From the NCBI GenBank assembly GCA_002498285.1, contig DAGU01000023.1, forward strand, positions 22,148 to 86,147: DNA of 64,000 bases, given 5' to 3'. The notes under the pieces are model-generated. The model searched no databases and was not told the origin of the DNA. It was given only the letters and a program-made list of their open reading frames with translations. The translations under genes and the position numbers were made by a program. Below, piece by piece: positions 1 through 9,664 of this stretch. This stretch comes from Methanomassiliicoccus sp. UBA386 (GTDB taxonomy: Archaea > Thermoplasmatota > Thermoplasmata > Methanomassiliicoccales > Methanomassiliicoccaceae). Position 1 is the stretch's first letter. The number at the start of each line of letters is the position of its first letter.

Positions 1-214
1 CCGCTCCCACATAGACCAAGATCTGTATGATGCCCAGATACTCGGAGCCGAGCAGGACGTAGGTCGCTCCCACGCCCACGAACACCATTGTGAGCCACAT
101 GACGCTTCGCACGATCTCCTTGCTCCATACGACGGCGAGCGCGCCGATGATCATGATGGCCGCTAGGATCAGGAAGACCGCGACATCCCATTCAATGGAC
201 CAAACTACGGCCAT
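1..214 (-). CDS. fpoJ: Fpo/complex I-like subunit J (N-terminal part, runs off window)
   Basis: Manual translation MAVVWSIEWDVAVFLILAAIMIIGALAVVWSKEIVRSVMWL...GIIQILVYVGA has the NuoJ QILVYVGA motif. Its ATG overlaps the fpoI stop (TAATG). Not in the ORF track. Confidence 0.9.
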   Translation of the reverse strand, partial: MAVVWSIEWDVAVFLILAAIMIIGALAVVWSKEIVRSVMWLTMVFVGVGATYVLLGSEYLGIIQILVYVGA

Positions 215-966
215 TACAGCACCTCCTTCATGGTCAGGGCATCCTTGGGACATACCTCGACGCAGGTCTCGCAGGAGACGCACTTCTCAGCGTCGAAGAC
301 CGGCCTCTTGATGGGCCTGCCCTTCTCATTGACCCCCACCTCAACCATCTTGACGGCATCCACGGGGCAGTCCTTGGCGCACCTGGAACAGCTGATGCAC
401 TTCTTGTCCTCCAGCAGCGGGAGGTCCTTGTGCTCGGTCCTGCGACGGGGCGCAACGCCCTTGTCCAATTCGGAGGGAAGCACCTCATTGATGTGAACCT
501 CCAGACCGGGCCTCGACTCATACTGGAGCTTGTAGGGGTCGAATATGGCGTCCTCCCGATTGTAAGTTGCAAGCTCATAGTCGTGAGTGACGATCATGGC
601 GTCGGTGGGGCAGTACTCGGCGCAGTAGCCGCACATCATGCACCTGCCGACGTTGACGCGGGGGCGCTTGACCTTCTTTACCTCCTCCCCCTCGACCTTC
701 TTCAGGTCATCGACCTCGACCAGATCGATGCACCGGGTCGGGCATACGCGCATGCAGATGCCGCACCCGATGCACTTGTCGAATACGAGCCCTGGGCGCG
801 CCCTGAACGCATCGGGCAGGGCCATCTTCTCCCAGGGATACAATATAGTCTGGGGACGGTTCACCACGGCTTTGAGGAACTGCTTCATGGTGATGTACAT
901 CGGTTTCACGATGAAACCGGTGAGACCCAGCTCCTTCTCCTTTCTAGATGTTTCCTTGTTAGCCAT
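214..966 (-). CDS. fpoI: Fpo subunit I with an extra C-terminal 2x[4Fe-4S] ferredoxin domain
   Basis: TILYPWEK, CIGCGICMRVCP and CMMCGYCAEYCP, plus additional CISCSRCAKDCP and CVSCETCVEVCP; operon position. Confidence 0.92.
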   Translation of the reverse strand: MANKETSRKEKELGLTGFIVKPMYITMKQFLKAVVNRPQTILYPWEKMALPDAFRARPGLVFDKCIGCGICMRVCPTRCIDLVEVDDLKKVEGEEVKKVKRPRVNVGRCMMCGYCAEYCPTDAMIVTHDYELATYNREDAIFDPYKLQYESRPGLEVHINEVLPSELDKGVAPRRRTEHKDLPLLEDKKCISCSRCAKDCPVDAVKMVEVGVNEKGRPIKRPVFDAEKCVSCETCVEVCPKDALTMKEVL

Positions 967-2063
967 TAGAACATCTCCATCGTCTTGAAGAGGACCGCGA
1001 TGAAGAGGTTGATAGCCGCCAGCGGAAGCAGTCTCTTCCAGCAGATGTTAAGGATCTGATCGGTCCTGACGCGGGGCAGGGCGGCCCTGGCCCAAATGAA
1101 TATCGAGAACACCAGTAGCAGCTTGAGCAGGAACCACAGCCCCTCGGGAATGAAGCCAAAGGTGGGGCCGTCCCATCCGCCGAGGAACAGCAGGGCGATC
1201 AGAGAGCTGCCCACAAAGGCGCGGGCATATTCGGACATCATGATCAGACCGAATCTCATGCCGCCATATTCGGTACCCCATCCTTCCACAAGCTCAGCCT
1301 CGGCCTCGGGAAGGTCGAAGGGGACCCTTTCCACCTCAGCGATCATGGATATGATGAACACCAGGAATCCGATGATCAGCGGGATGACCAACCACATGTT
1401 CTCCTGCTGATAGGCCACGATGTCCATGAGGCTCAGGCTGCCAGTGAGGACGACCACGCTCACCACGGACAGAAGCAGAGGCACCTCATAGGCGCACGTC
1501 TGTGCGGCCGCACGCATGCCTCCGATAAGAGTATACTTGTTGTTCGACGCCCACCCTCCCAGCAGCACCGCGAACGGGATCACCCCGAACATGGCCAGGG
1601 TGAGGATGACGCTGAGGTCGGAATCGGACATGTAGAAGCCCTGGCTGTACGGTATGGTCACGAACATGGCCATGGACACACCGATGATTAGGATGGGTGC
1701 CAGAGGGTAGATCAGACGGTCCGCGGCATCCGGTACGATGTACTCCTTGACCAGGACCTTGAACGCATCGGCGAAGTTCTGGAACAGGCCGAACGGACCC
1801 ACCTGGGTACCGACACGGTCCATGAACCTGCCGAGCATCTTTCGCTCCTGCCATATGAGCGTGATCGCTACTAACATGCCCACTATCAATATGATGAGCG
1901 CCACCACCAGGATGGTGACGATGTGCAATACGCTAGGGCTTCCCAGCCAATCCGCCAACCCATGCAGATGGAGCCAGTTCAGGATTGTCCCGACTATGTC
2001 CACCATAAGCCAATGGACCAGGCCGCCCACTAATCCCCAAAGATCTAGATACATGGTGATCAC
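966..2063 (-). CDS. fpoH: Fpo subunit H (NuoH-like membrane subunit)
   Basis: ERKMLGRFMDRVG, GGMRAAAQ, RVPFDLPEAEAELV, PRVRTDQ motifs. Confidence 0.95.
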   Translation of the reverse strand: MITMYLDLWGLVGGLVHWLMVDIVGTILNWLHLHGLADWLGSPSVLHIVTILVVALIILIVGMLVAITLIWQERKMLGRFMDRVGTQVGPFGLFQNFADAFKVLVKEYIVPDAADRLIYPLAPILIIGVSMAMFVTIPYSQGFYMSDSDLSVILTLAMFGVIPFAVLLGGWASNNKYTLIGGMRAAAQTCAYEVPLLLSVVSVVVLTGSLSLMDIVAYQQENMWLVIPLIIGFLVFIISMIAEVERVPFDLPEAEAELVEGWGTEYGGMRFGLIMMSEYARAFVGSSLIALLFLGGWDGPTFGFIPEGLWFLLKLLLVFSIFIWARAALPRVRTDQILNICWKRLLPLAAINLFIAVLFKTMEMF

Positions 2064-3145
2064 CGATCCGTTTCGCCCATGCAGACATCAAGCATTCCCA
2101 GGATCGAAGGGACATCGGCGATCTTTGAGCCATTGACGAGCTTGTCAGATGCCGACAGTATCACGAACAGGGGGCTTCTGACCGACAGCCGGTATGGCTT
2201 TTCGGTGCCGTCCCCCACCAAATACATGAGGCTTTCTCCCCTTGGGTCCTCCATCCTCGCCATCGCCGTTCCGACCGGCGCCGTACGGGGCTGTTTGACC
2301 CTTATAGGCCCCGACTTCGGCATCTTCTTCAGAATGTCCCGGACGATGTTGACCGATTCCCTCATCTCCATCATGCGTACGCGGTAACGGGCCCAGGTAT
2401 CGCAAGCATCGTGAGTGCACATGTGCCAGTCAAGCTCGTCGTAGATCTCATAGGGATCGTTGTGACGGATATCTTGCTTCACGCCGGCCGCCCTGAGGAC
2501 GGGGCCGGTAATGCCCGCATTGATGGTGTCCTTGGGCGACATATATCCAAGGCCCTCCATCCTCATGCGGAAGAGCTTGCTCTGGTCGACCATCAGGTCG
2601 TACTCATCAAGACGCTTATCGAAGTAGTTCAGGGTCCTCTCCAGGTCCCTCACCCAGTTGGGCGGGGAATCGTTGCGAACGCCACCGATGCGACAGAAGT
2701 TGTAGGTCATCCTGGCCCCGCACAAGGCGGTGAACAAATCCAGGAACAGCTCCCTGTCCCTGGTGGCGTAAAGGAACATGGTCAGGTTGCCGAGGTCGGT
2801 TCCGATGGCGGCCAGCCACATGAGGTGGTTTCCGATCCTCTGGAGCTCGTCGGACATGGCCCGGATGTATTTGGCCTTCTCCGGCACCTCGATGCCCATG
2901 AGCTTCTCCACGGTCATGCAGTACACATGGGTCCACGTGAACGAGGAGCCGTAGCAAAGCCGGTCGGCCATGGGGATGATCTGCATGTATCTTCGGTTCT
3001 CGACCATCTTCTCCCAGCCGCGGTGCAGGTAGCCGATGACTGGCTCAGAGTCCACGATGGTCTCGCCATCGACCTTGATCCTCATGTTCCATAACCCGTG
3101 GGTCATGGGGTGCTGAGGACCCATGTTAATCCACATCTCTGCCAT
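2060..3145 (-). CDS. fpoD: Fpo subunit D (NuoD-like)
   Basis: NMGPQHPMTHG, GYLHRGWEK, C-terminal GETDR. Confidence 0.95.
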   Translation of the reverse strand: MAEMWINMGPQHPMTHGLWNMRIKVDGETIVDSEPVIGYLHRGWEKMVENRRYMQIIPMADRLCYGSSFTWTHVYCMTVEKLMGIEVPEKAKYIRAMSDELQRIGNHLMWLAAIGTDLGNLTMFLYATRDRELFLDLFTALCGARMTYNFCRIGGVRNDSPPNWVRDLERTLNYFDKRLDEYDLMVDQSKLFRMRMEGLGYMSPKDTINAGITGPVLRAAGVKQDIRHNDPYEIYDELDWHMCTHDACDTWARYRVRMMEMRESVNIVRDILKKMPKSGPIRVKQPRTAPVGTAMARMEDPRGESLMYLVGDGTEKPYRLSVRSPLFVILSASDKLVNGSKIADVPSILGMLDVCMGETDR

Positions 3146-3146
3146 C

Positions 3147-3608
3147 TTAACGCCCTCCTTCGGGGCAGTCCTTCCTCATCGGGAAGAACTTGTAATCCTC
3201 TGGAAGTAGGAGCCTTCTCAGGTCCGGGTGACCCTTGAAGATGATGCCGAACATGTCGAAGGTCTCCCTCTCATGCCAGTTGGCCCCGCCCCACAGCGGG
3301 GTCACAGAGTCGACCTCGGGCTCATCATGAGGCAGGTCGACCACGATCTCGACTGTGATGTTGTTCGTATATGACGTTATATGATACACCGTCTGGAACT
3401 TGTCACAATAGTCCACGCCGCTCACCAGGCTGCAGTGATCAAATCCAAGCCCGTCCTTTAGGAGCTTGCACAGCTCGAACAGGACCGACCTGTCAGCGGT
3501 CATGTAAAGACGGCGGGTCTCCATCCTGGCATCGTCGAAGACGACGGCAGGGAAGGCTTTTGCGACCTTGTCCTTGACCTGCTCTACGGAATAAGTAATG
3601 TTTTCCAC
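3147..3608 (-). CDS. fpoC: Fpo subunit C (NuoC-like)
   Basis: ANWHERETFDMFGIIFKGHPDLRRLLL motif. Confidence 0.95.
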   Translation of the reverse strand: MENITYSVEQVKDKVAKAFPAVVFDDARMETRRLYMTADRSVLFELCKLLKDGLGFDHCSLVSGVDYCDKFQTVYHITSYTNNITVEIVVDLPHDEPEVDSVTPLWGGANWHERETFDMFGIIFKGHPDLRRLLLPEDYKFFPMRKDCPEGGR

Positions 3609-3617
3609 TTTCCCACC

Positions 3618-4181
3618 TCAGTCCTGCAGGAACTCGCCAACCTTGGAGTCCTTCATCTTCTGGTGCAGTTTCAGGAAGCCGTCGATCATGGCCTCCGGAC
3701 GGGGCGGGCAGCCGGGAATGTAAATGTCCACGGGAATGAATGTGTCGACGCCCTGCACCACGTTGTAGGAGTCATACCAGGGGCCACCGGTCATTGCGCA
3801 TTCGCCCATGGCAACGACCCACTTGGGATCGGGCATCTCCTCGTACAGTCGACGCAGGGATGGCCGCAGCTTCTTGGTCACCCATCCATTTACTAGGAGC
3901 ACATCGCACTGACGGGGAGAGGAACGGAAGACCATCCCCAGCCTCTCATTGTCAAAGCGGGGGCCAGAGCACGCCGCCATCTCCAGAGCACAGCAGGCGA
4001 TACCGAAGTGGAGCGGGTAGATCGAGTTCCGTACCCCATAGTTAAGGAATGGCTGGGCTACTTTGTCGACCGCCTTCTTCACACCAGACGCCTTGGTCAG
4101 CTCGCGGATCATGCCCTTGGACCAATCCTTGAACTCCTTTGCCGTCATGGCGATCGCGTAAGGCTGTAAGCTTAGATCCAT
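3618..4181 (-). CDS. fpoB: Fpo subunit B (NuoB-like, N2 cluster)
   Basis: IACCALEM, SPRQCD, MGEC, IPGCPPRPE. Confidence 0.95.
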   Translation of the reverse strand: MDLSLQPYAIAMTAKEFKDWSKGMIRELTKASGVKKAVDKVAQPFLNYGVRNSIYPLHFGIACCALEMAACSGPRFDNERLGMVFRSSPRQCDVLLVNGWVTKKLRPSLRRLYEEMPDPKWVVAMGECAMTGGPWYDSYNVVQGVDTFIPVDIYIPGCPPRPEAMIDGFLKLHQKMKDSKVGEFLQD

Positions 4182-4531
4182 ATCTTATCCTCCTTCTTCA
4201 GGGCATAGAAGGCCCCGACCAACATGAGAGCGAAGAATGCCAGCATGATGATCTTTGATTCGTCGGCGAGAAGGTTGAAATTGAGAGCCCAGATCAAAAG
4301 GAAAACGGCAATGACGTCAAATACTACAAAAATAATGGCGTACATATAGAATTGGAAGTGGAATTGGACCTGTGCCTCTCCGATCGGAACCTCGCCGCAC
4401 TCGTAGGTCTCCCCCTTCAACGCCGTATGCTTGGTAGGCCTGAAAAGATCGTTCATCCAGAACGCGATGACGGGGATCGCAAGTGCAATCACGATGTAGA
4501 TTGCTATTGGCAAGTAGGTGTCCAAGAGCAT
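4172..4531 (-). CDS. fpoA: Fpo subunit A (NuoA-like)
   Basis: YECGE loop, FVVFDV, three TM segments; first gene of operon. Confidence 0.95.
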   Translation of the reverse strand: MLLDTYLPIAIYIVIALAIPVIAFWMNDLFRPTKHTALKGETYECGEVPIGEAQVQFHFQFYMYAIIFVVFDVIAVFLLIWALNFNLLADESKIIMLAFFALMLVGAFYALKKEDKIWI

Positions 4532-4550
4532 TGCAGGGACAATAGTAGGC

Positions 4551-4562
4551 CTCTATAAATAC
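4551..4562 (-). promoter_or_regulatory. Putative archaeal TATA box of the fpo operon
   Basis: TATTTATAG on the minus strand about 20-30 nt upstream of the fpoA ATG. Confidence 0.55.
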
Positions 4563-5199
4563 GTTCTCTCAATAATAGTTTACTGGCTATCTGGCCAGGG
4601 TTGAAAATTGCCTTCTTCTTGACGAGAAAACGGCTGTCCCGGATCGTTGCCTTGACAGCATTATCAACAACGAAAGGAACGGCAAATCGCCCCGGCGACG
4701 GATACAGAGCGAACAACATTAATATTCGCCGGGTAGGGAAGGACGAGGAGCGAGGCATGTCGTGAGAAATAACGCATCATCGACGACCTGTTCGAGGATG
4801 CGGGAATTTGGCACCCCTGCTATTTTTTGAAGGAGGGGCATCGGCCGGTGGTGCTCGGCCCGAGCAAGAAGAAAGGACGTTCAAGAAAGCATGGCCATCA
4901 ACAATGCCGACGTGGCGGTCGGAGAGGCCAGACCGATCCTTCGATGCTGATATCGTCCCGAGAGGCCATGCGCCCGATAAGATGAGGCTCCGGCCGGGGC
5001 TCTCAAGCCGTGAGGGGTCCCCAGTAGGGGCATGATGGTGCCCCCGTACAATGGCCCCTGCACCCTGGAATGGTCAGGCACCAGGTCCCGGGTCGCCATG
5101 ATCCGGTTTTACGCATCAAGAGACCATAGGACAACTGATTTATCAGCACGTGCATTACTGTCGTCGTTCAGCTATAACTTCGTTCCATCTGGTGATATA

Positions 5200-6009
5200 A
5201 TGGCTAAGAAGATCGGTTTCATAGGCGCGGGCAACATGGCAGAGGCACTCATGAAGGGAATTATCAGCTCCGGGGAGGCTACTCCTCCCGATATGATCGC
5301 CAGCGAGGTCGTGGCGGCCCGTCGCGAATATATTACCAAGACATTGGAGATATCGACGGTGCCTGACAACACCACGGTGGCAAAGGAGGCCAAGGTGATC
5401 ATGCTGGCCGTAAAACCCAACGTGATCGCCACGGTACTCGACGAGCTCAAGCCCTTCCTGACGGCCGACCATTTGGTCATCTCCATCGCGGCTGGGGTAA
5501 AGATCTCCTTCATCGAGTCGCACCTGAACTGGGGCGTCAGGGTGATACGCGTCATGCCCAATCAACCCTGCCTCGTGGGTGCCTCCGCCTCCGGCTTCGC
5601 CATGGGCAAGTCGGCGCGCAAGGAGGACCAGGAGCTGGTGCAAAGGATCCTCGACATGGTCGGCGTAGCGTTCCCCATGGAGGAGAAGTTGCTGGATGCG
5701 GTCACCGGCCTGAGCGGGAGCGGCCCCGCCTACGTTTACATGATGATCGAGGCCCTGGCCGACGGCGGAGTGCTGTGCGGCCTGTCCCGCGATGTGGCTG
5801 TCACTCTGGCCGCCCAGACGGTGTTCGGCGCGGCCAAGACGGTTCTGGAGACCAAGATGCACCCGGCCGCCCTGAAGGACATGGTGGCCTCCCCCGCCGG
5901 CACCACCATCGAAGGGATGAGGGTGCTGGAGGAGGGTTGCCTGCGCGGCGTCATGATCGATGCCGTGGAGGCCGCCACCAAGAAGTCGGTAGAGCTGGGC
6001 AGGAGCTGA
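5200..6009 (+). CDS. proC: Pyrroline-5-carboxylate reductase
   Basis: [29 protein letters not shown]. Start reassigned to ATG 5200 after a GGTGA RBS. Confidence 0.95.
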   Translation: MAKKIGFIGAGNMAEALMKGIISSGEATPPDMIASEVVAARREYITKTLEISTVPDNTTVAKEAKVIMLAVKPNVIATVLDELKPFLTADHLVISIAAGVKISFIESHLNWGVRVIRVMPNQPCLVGASASGFAMGKSARKEDQELVQRILDMVGVAFPMEEKLLDAVTGLSGSGPAYVYMMIEALADGGVLCGLSRDVAVTLAAQTVFGAAKTVLETKMHPAALKDMVASPAGTTIEGMRVLEEGCLRGVMIDAVEAATKKSVELGRS

Positions 6010-7737
6010 TCAGGTCCGCCTGCGGCGCGAGCGGCCCTTTAGGATGCCCAGCGTGGCCCGGGGTACGGAGCGGAGGATGGACGGGGTGTCCCATACCAGG
6101 TCCCTCTTCTGACAGATGGTCGATTCCATCAGCCCCTCTCCCCGGTGCTTGAGCTGGGCCATCTGCTCGCCCCTCTCTTTCTCGGGCAGCTTCATGGCCG
6201 CCTCGACCTCCACCAGCAGGCGCCGGGCCTCCCGGGAGCGCTGCGACCTGATGTGGTGCTCCTCGTCGGTCATCAGGCCCACGTCCCTGCGGACATCGCT
6301 TAGGCGGTCGGCCGCGTCGTACGAGGTCTCGGCGATCACTTCCCGCGTCATCCACTTCGTCTCGTAGGACAGCACGTCCTTCCAGTTGGGTGACGGCAAG
6401 CGCGCCCGGTGCTCCTCGAGAGTGCGAGCGAACAGACGGTAGCCGAACTTCTCGGGGTTCTCGAAAGCGATGCTGCCCGGGTCGAGGAACGGCGCCAGCG
6501 GCGACGTGTACACTGCCAGGCGTGGATCGTTGCGGTTCTGCTGGTACAAGCGCCGGGTGTAGTCGGCCGAGCTAAGGGCCGACTCCCGGGTCTGCTCCGG
6601 CAGGCCGATCATGAAGAACATGTCGAAGCGCTGGCATCCGTTGCCGAGGGCGGCAGAGATGCTCTTCTCCAGGCTGGCGTTGTCGAACCTCCTTCCCAGC
6701 GCGTAGCGCACCTTCTCGTCGTGCGAGTCGGGCGAGAACTGGATGCTGTAACGGGAGAACGTCCGGTCGGCCTCCTGGAAGAAGGACTCGGGGGCTGGGG
6801 TGAAGAGTTCCAGCACCACGTGGCTGTCCAGGTCCAGGCGGCGGCATTCGGCGAAGAACCGCTCTGCGTAGTCGCCCCCGTACTGGCGGACGTCGCCGAC
6901 CACGAACACCGGGGCGTTGATGTAGCTCTCCACGTTGGCGATGTCCTGGGCCGCCTTCTCGGGAGAGCGAAACGCTGGTTTGCTGCGGCCTAGCACACGG
7001 CGCATGGCTCCGCAGCTTCCGCCGCATACCGCGCAGGCCAGCGAGCAGCCGCGGACCGTGAACACCGAGGTGATGGGGTACCGGTCCCAGTCCTTGAAGG
7101 GCTTGGCCCCCTCAAGGTCGCGGTGCTTGATGACCGACCGCACGATCCAGCCATAGTCGATGTCGAGATGGTCCATGCTGTCCGGGACGTAGCTGAGCTC
7201 GTTGACGTGGACGCCCGAGGGGTCCTTCCAGGTCAGGTTAGGAACGGATGAGAGGTCCTCTCCCTTTTCCAGCGCATCCATTAGGCGCAACAGCGGCATC
7301 TCGGTGGAATCGCCGCGGAGCACGAGGTCCACCTGCGGATATCGGACCAGCTCTTCATGATAGTATGAGGACGAGAAGCCTCCGAACAGTATCTTGGAAT
7401 CGGGATGCAGGCGGCGGAGGATCTCGGCGATGGCCAGGGAGCCATGAGCATGGGGAAGCCAGTGCAGGTCCAGGCCGAACACCGCGGACCTCAGACGGCC
7501 CAGGAACCTCTCCACGTCCAGGTCCGGGTCGTTGAGCATCATGGAGGCCAGATTGATTATTCTGACGCGGTAGCCGGCCTTGGCCAACTGCACCGCCATG
7601 GTGGTGAAGCCGAAGGGGTACATCTCGAAGACGGGCGTGGAGGGCACCAGATCGCTTACGGGCCCGTAGAACAAGGACTCCTTGCGGAAATCATAAACGC
7701 TGGGGGCATGAATCAGTATGAGGTCTTCTTTGGCCAT
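6010..7737 (-). CDS. B12-binding domain radical SAM protein (Ta0216/TIGR04190-like)
   Basis: N-terminal LIHAPSVYDFR...FEMYP, DLHWLPHAHG cobalamin domain, RGCSLACAVCGG CxxxCxxC. Confidence 0.85.
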   Translation of the reverse strand: MAKEDLILIHAPSVYDFRKESLFYGPVSDLVPSTPVFEMYPFGFTTMAVQLAKAGYRVRIINLASMMLNDPDLDVERFLGRLRSAVFGLDLHWLPHAHGSLAIAEILRRLHPDSKILFGGFSSSYYHEELVRYPQVDLVLRGDSTEMPLLRLMDALEKGEDLSSVPNLTWKDPSGVHVNELSYVPDSMDHLDIDYGWIVRSVIKHRDLEGAKPFKDWDRYPITSVFTVRGCSLACAVCGGSCGAMRRVLGRSKPAFRSPEKAAQDIANVESYINAPVFVVGDVRQYGGDYAERFFAECRRLDLDSHVVLELFTPAPESFFQEADRTFSRYSIQFSPDSHDEKVRYALGRRFDNASLEKSISAALGNGCQRFDMFFMIGLPEQTRESALSSADYTRRLYQQNRNDPRLAVYTSPLAPFLDPGSIAFENPEKFGYRLFARTLEEHRARLPSPNWKDVLSYETKWMTREVIAETSYDAADRLSDVRRDVGLMTDEEHHIRSQRSREARRLLVEVEAAMKLPEKERGEQMAQLKHRGEGLMESTICQKRDLVWDTPSILRSVPRATLGILKGRSRRRRT

Positions 7738-7787
7738 TGGTTCACCTTGGGGCGGCCATCCAACGGAGAAGATTCACAAAAAGCTTG

Positions 7788-8597
7788 TCATTTACCGAAC
7801 CGGCGTTGACGCAGTTGATATGAGCGTATAGCGCGCAGGAAGTCGATCTTCCTGAAACCCGGCCAGTACACATCGGTGAAGTACAACTCGGAGTACGCCA
7901 GCTGCCACAGCAGGAAGTTGGAGATGCGCTCCTCGCCCGACGTTCGCAGAATGAGGTCGGGATCGGGCAGATCGGCAGTGTACAGGAAGTTGGAGAAGGT
8001 CCTCTCATCTATATCGCTCACCTCCAGGTTGCCGTCCTTAACATGCTGGGCGATCTGCTTTATGGCATGTATGATCTCCTGACGGGAGCCATAGGCGGTG
8101 GCGAGGTTGTAATAGAAGTTGCTGTACCCGGCGGTGGCGCCCTCGGCGACCTCGATGGCCTTTAGGACGCTATCGGGCAGAAGGTCGCGCTGCCCCAGCA
8201 CCCTCACCCGGATGCCGTTGCGGTGCACCCTCTCGTCCTTTGCCAGGCGGTAGAAGTTCTCCTCGAACATCTGCATCAGGGAGCTGACCTCGTCGACGTC
8301 GCGGTTGAAGTTCTCGGTGCTGAACGCATATACTGTCAGCACCTTCACCCCCAGCTCCATGCACCAGTCCAGGACTTCCTCCAGTTTGTCCTTGCCCTTT
8401 ATGTGTCCTTCCGTGGGGGTGAGACCGAATTCCTTGGCGAAGCGACGGTTACCGTCCATGATGACCGCGACGTGGTGCGGCACCTCGTTTTCCTTGACCT
8501 CTTTAAGAAGGCGCTTCTCGTAGGTCTGATAGGCCGTGTTGGCTATCACCCGTGAGATCTCGCTCTTGATGGCGGTGGCTTCCTTGAGAGGCTCCAT
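7788..8597 (-). CDS. uppS: cis-prenyltransferase (polyprenyl diphosphate synthase)
   Basis: HVAVIMDGNRR, YAFSTENF, RTSGEERISNFLLWQ, C-terminal RRFGK. Start reassigned to ATG 8597. Confidence 0.95.
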   Translation of the reverse strand: MEPLKEATAIKSEISRVIANTAYQTYEKRLLKEVKENEVPHHVAVIMDGNRRFAKEFGLTPTEGHIKGKDKLEEVLDWCMELGVKVLTVYAFSTENFNRDVDEVSSLMQMFEENFYRLAKDERVHRNGIRVRVLGQRDLLPDSVLKAIEVAEGATAGYSNFYYNLATAYGSRQEIIHAIKQIAQHVKDGNLEVSDIDERTFSNFLYTADLPDPDLILRTSGEERISNFLLWQLAYSELYFTDVYWPGFRKIDFLRAIRSYQLRQRRFGK

Positions 8598-8608
8598 GTC
8601 CCTCCCGT

Positions 8609-9562
8609 CTAGGGGTCGAGATCGCCGGGCAGCGCGGCGGCGGCCAGGCCCATGTCGAAGCATCCGATGCCGGCGACCGCTCCGATGGTGCCCCTCTTGC
8701 CCGTGACCTCTATCAGGCGGATGCCGCTGGCCTCGGCGACCTTCACGGCGTCCTCCACCTTCATGATCTCCTCCTTGGCCCTGAGGCCGTATGCTCGGGC
8801 CACTTCCGGTACGATCAGTCCCTGATACATTGCAATCGTGGTGTTCTCCGACACCGTGTTCTCCCGGACGAAGTTGATGACATAATCGGTCAGGGCGTCC
8901 AGGTCCCTGGGCTCCACGGCGAACGATACTCCGACCGCCACGCAGTTGGTGGTCTTCTCCGGCACCTCTGGATTGAGCTGCACGATCTTGTGCTCTAGGT
9001 AGTGCCCGAGCGGAGCAGAGTTGGCCAGCTTGAGCATGAGGACCCAGGAGGCGCCCTTCTCCTTGGTATCAGTGTCATCGACCGCATATATGACCCTGAC
9101 CATCTTGGGGGTCACGACCGACACCTCTATGCGGTGCGCGCCTCCCACCTTGGCGTCGTCCGGATACACGGCCTCTATGGTTCCAGGGCCCTGGGGCATG
9201 CACGCTCCGATGCCCACGCTGGCGCCGGCCAGGCCGACCCAGGTGGTGCGGACGAGATCACCCTCCACCTTCAATGACCTTAGACCCTGGCCGCCCACGT
9301 TCTTGGAGGCGGGCCCGAACCTGACCTCCCGCTCGCCTATGATGGTGTCCATGATCAGGGTTGTGCCCTCCACCCTGACATCGGTTATGGCCCCGCCGGC
9401 GCGGCGACGGTTGGCGGCATCCCATTCCACCGGCCCCTTGGCGGAACACTCCTCGATGATCATGGCCTTGCCGTTCTCCTCGTCCACCAGCGTGTACACG
9501 CCCCGGCAGAACATTCTGCCATATTTCCGGGTTATCTCGTCCGGACTGAGTATCTGGCTCAT
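8609..9562 (-). CDS. Methanogenesis marker protein 11 (DUF1743/TiaS-like C-terminal domain)
   Basis: GPVEWDAANRRRAGG N-terminal domain; VDDTDT...QLNPEVPEKTTNC TiaS-like motifs. Confidence 0.75.
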   Translation of the reverse strand: MSQILSPDEITRKYGRMFCRGVYTLVDEENGKAMIIEECSAKGPVEWDAANRRRAGGAITDVRVEGTTLIMDTIIGEREVRFGPASKNVGGQGLRSLKVEGDLVRTTWVGLAGASVGIGACMPQGPGTIEAVYPDDAKVGGAHRIEVSVVTPKMVRVIYAVDDTDTKEKGASWVLMLKLANSAPLGHYLEHKIVQLNPEVPEKTTNCVAVGVSFAVEPRDLDALTDYVINFVRENTVSENTTIAMYQGLIVPEVARAYGLRAKEEIMKVEDAVKVAEASGIRLIEVTGKRGTIGAVAGIGCFDMGLAAAALPGDLDP

Positions 9563-9664
9563 CTAGTCATCTCCAAAATGGGCGGACTTCAATAAGGAAG
9601 CCCGTAGATATGACTTTCCTTCCATCCATATCCGCCGCCACATCTGGCCAGCTTCCCGTGGCGC

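Noticed and set aside
2060-3145. [NiFe]-hydrogenase large subunit
   Set aside because: Only single Cys remnants (RLCYGS, DVCMGE); the CxxC pairs are incomplete, as expected for FpoD
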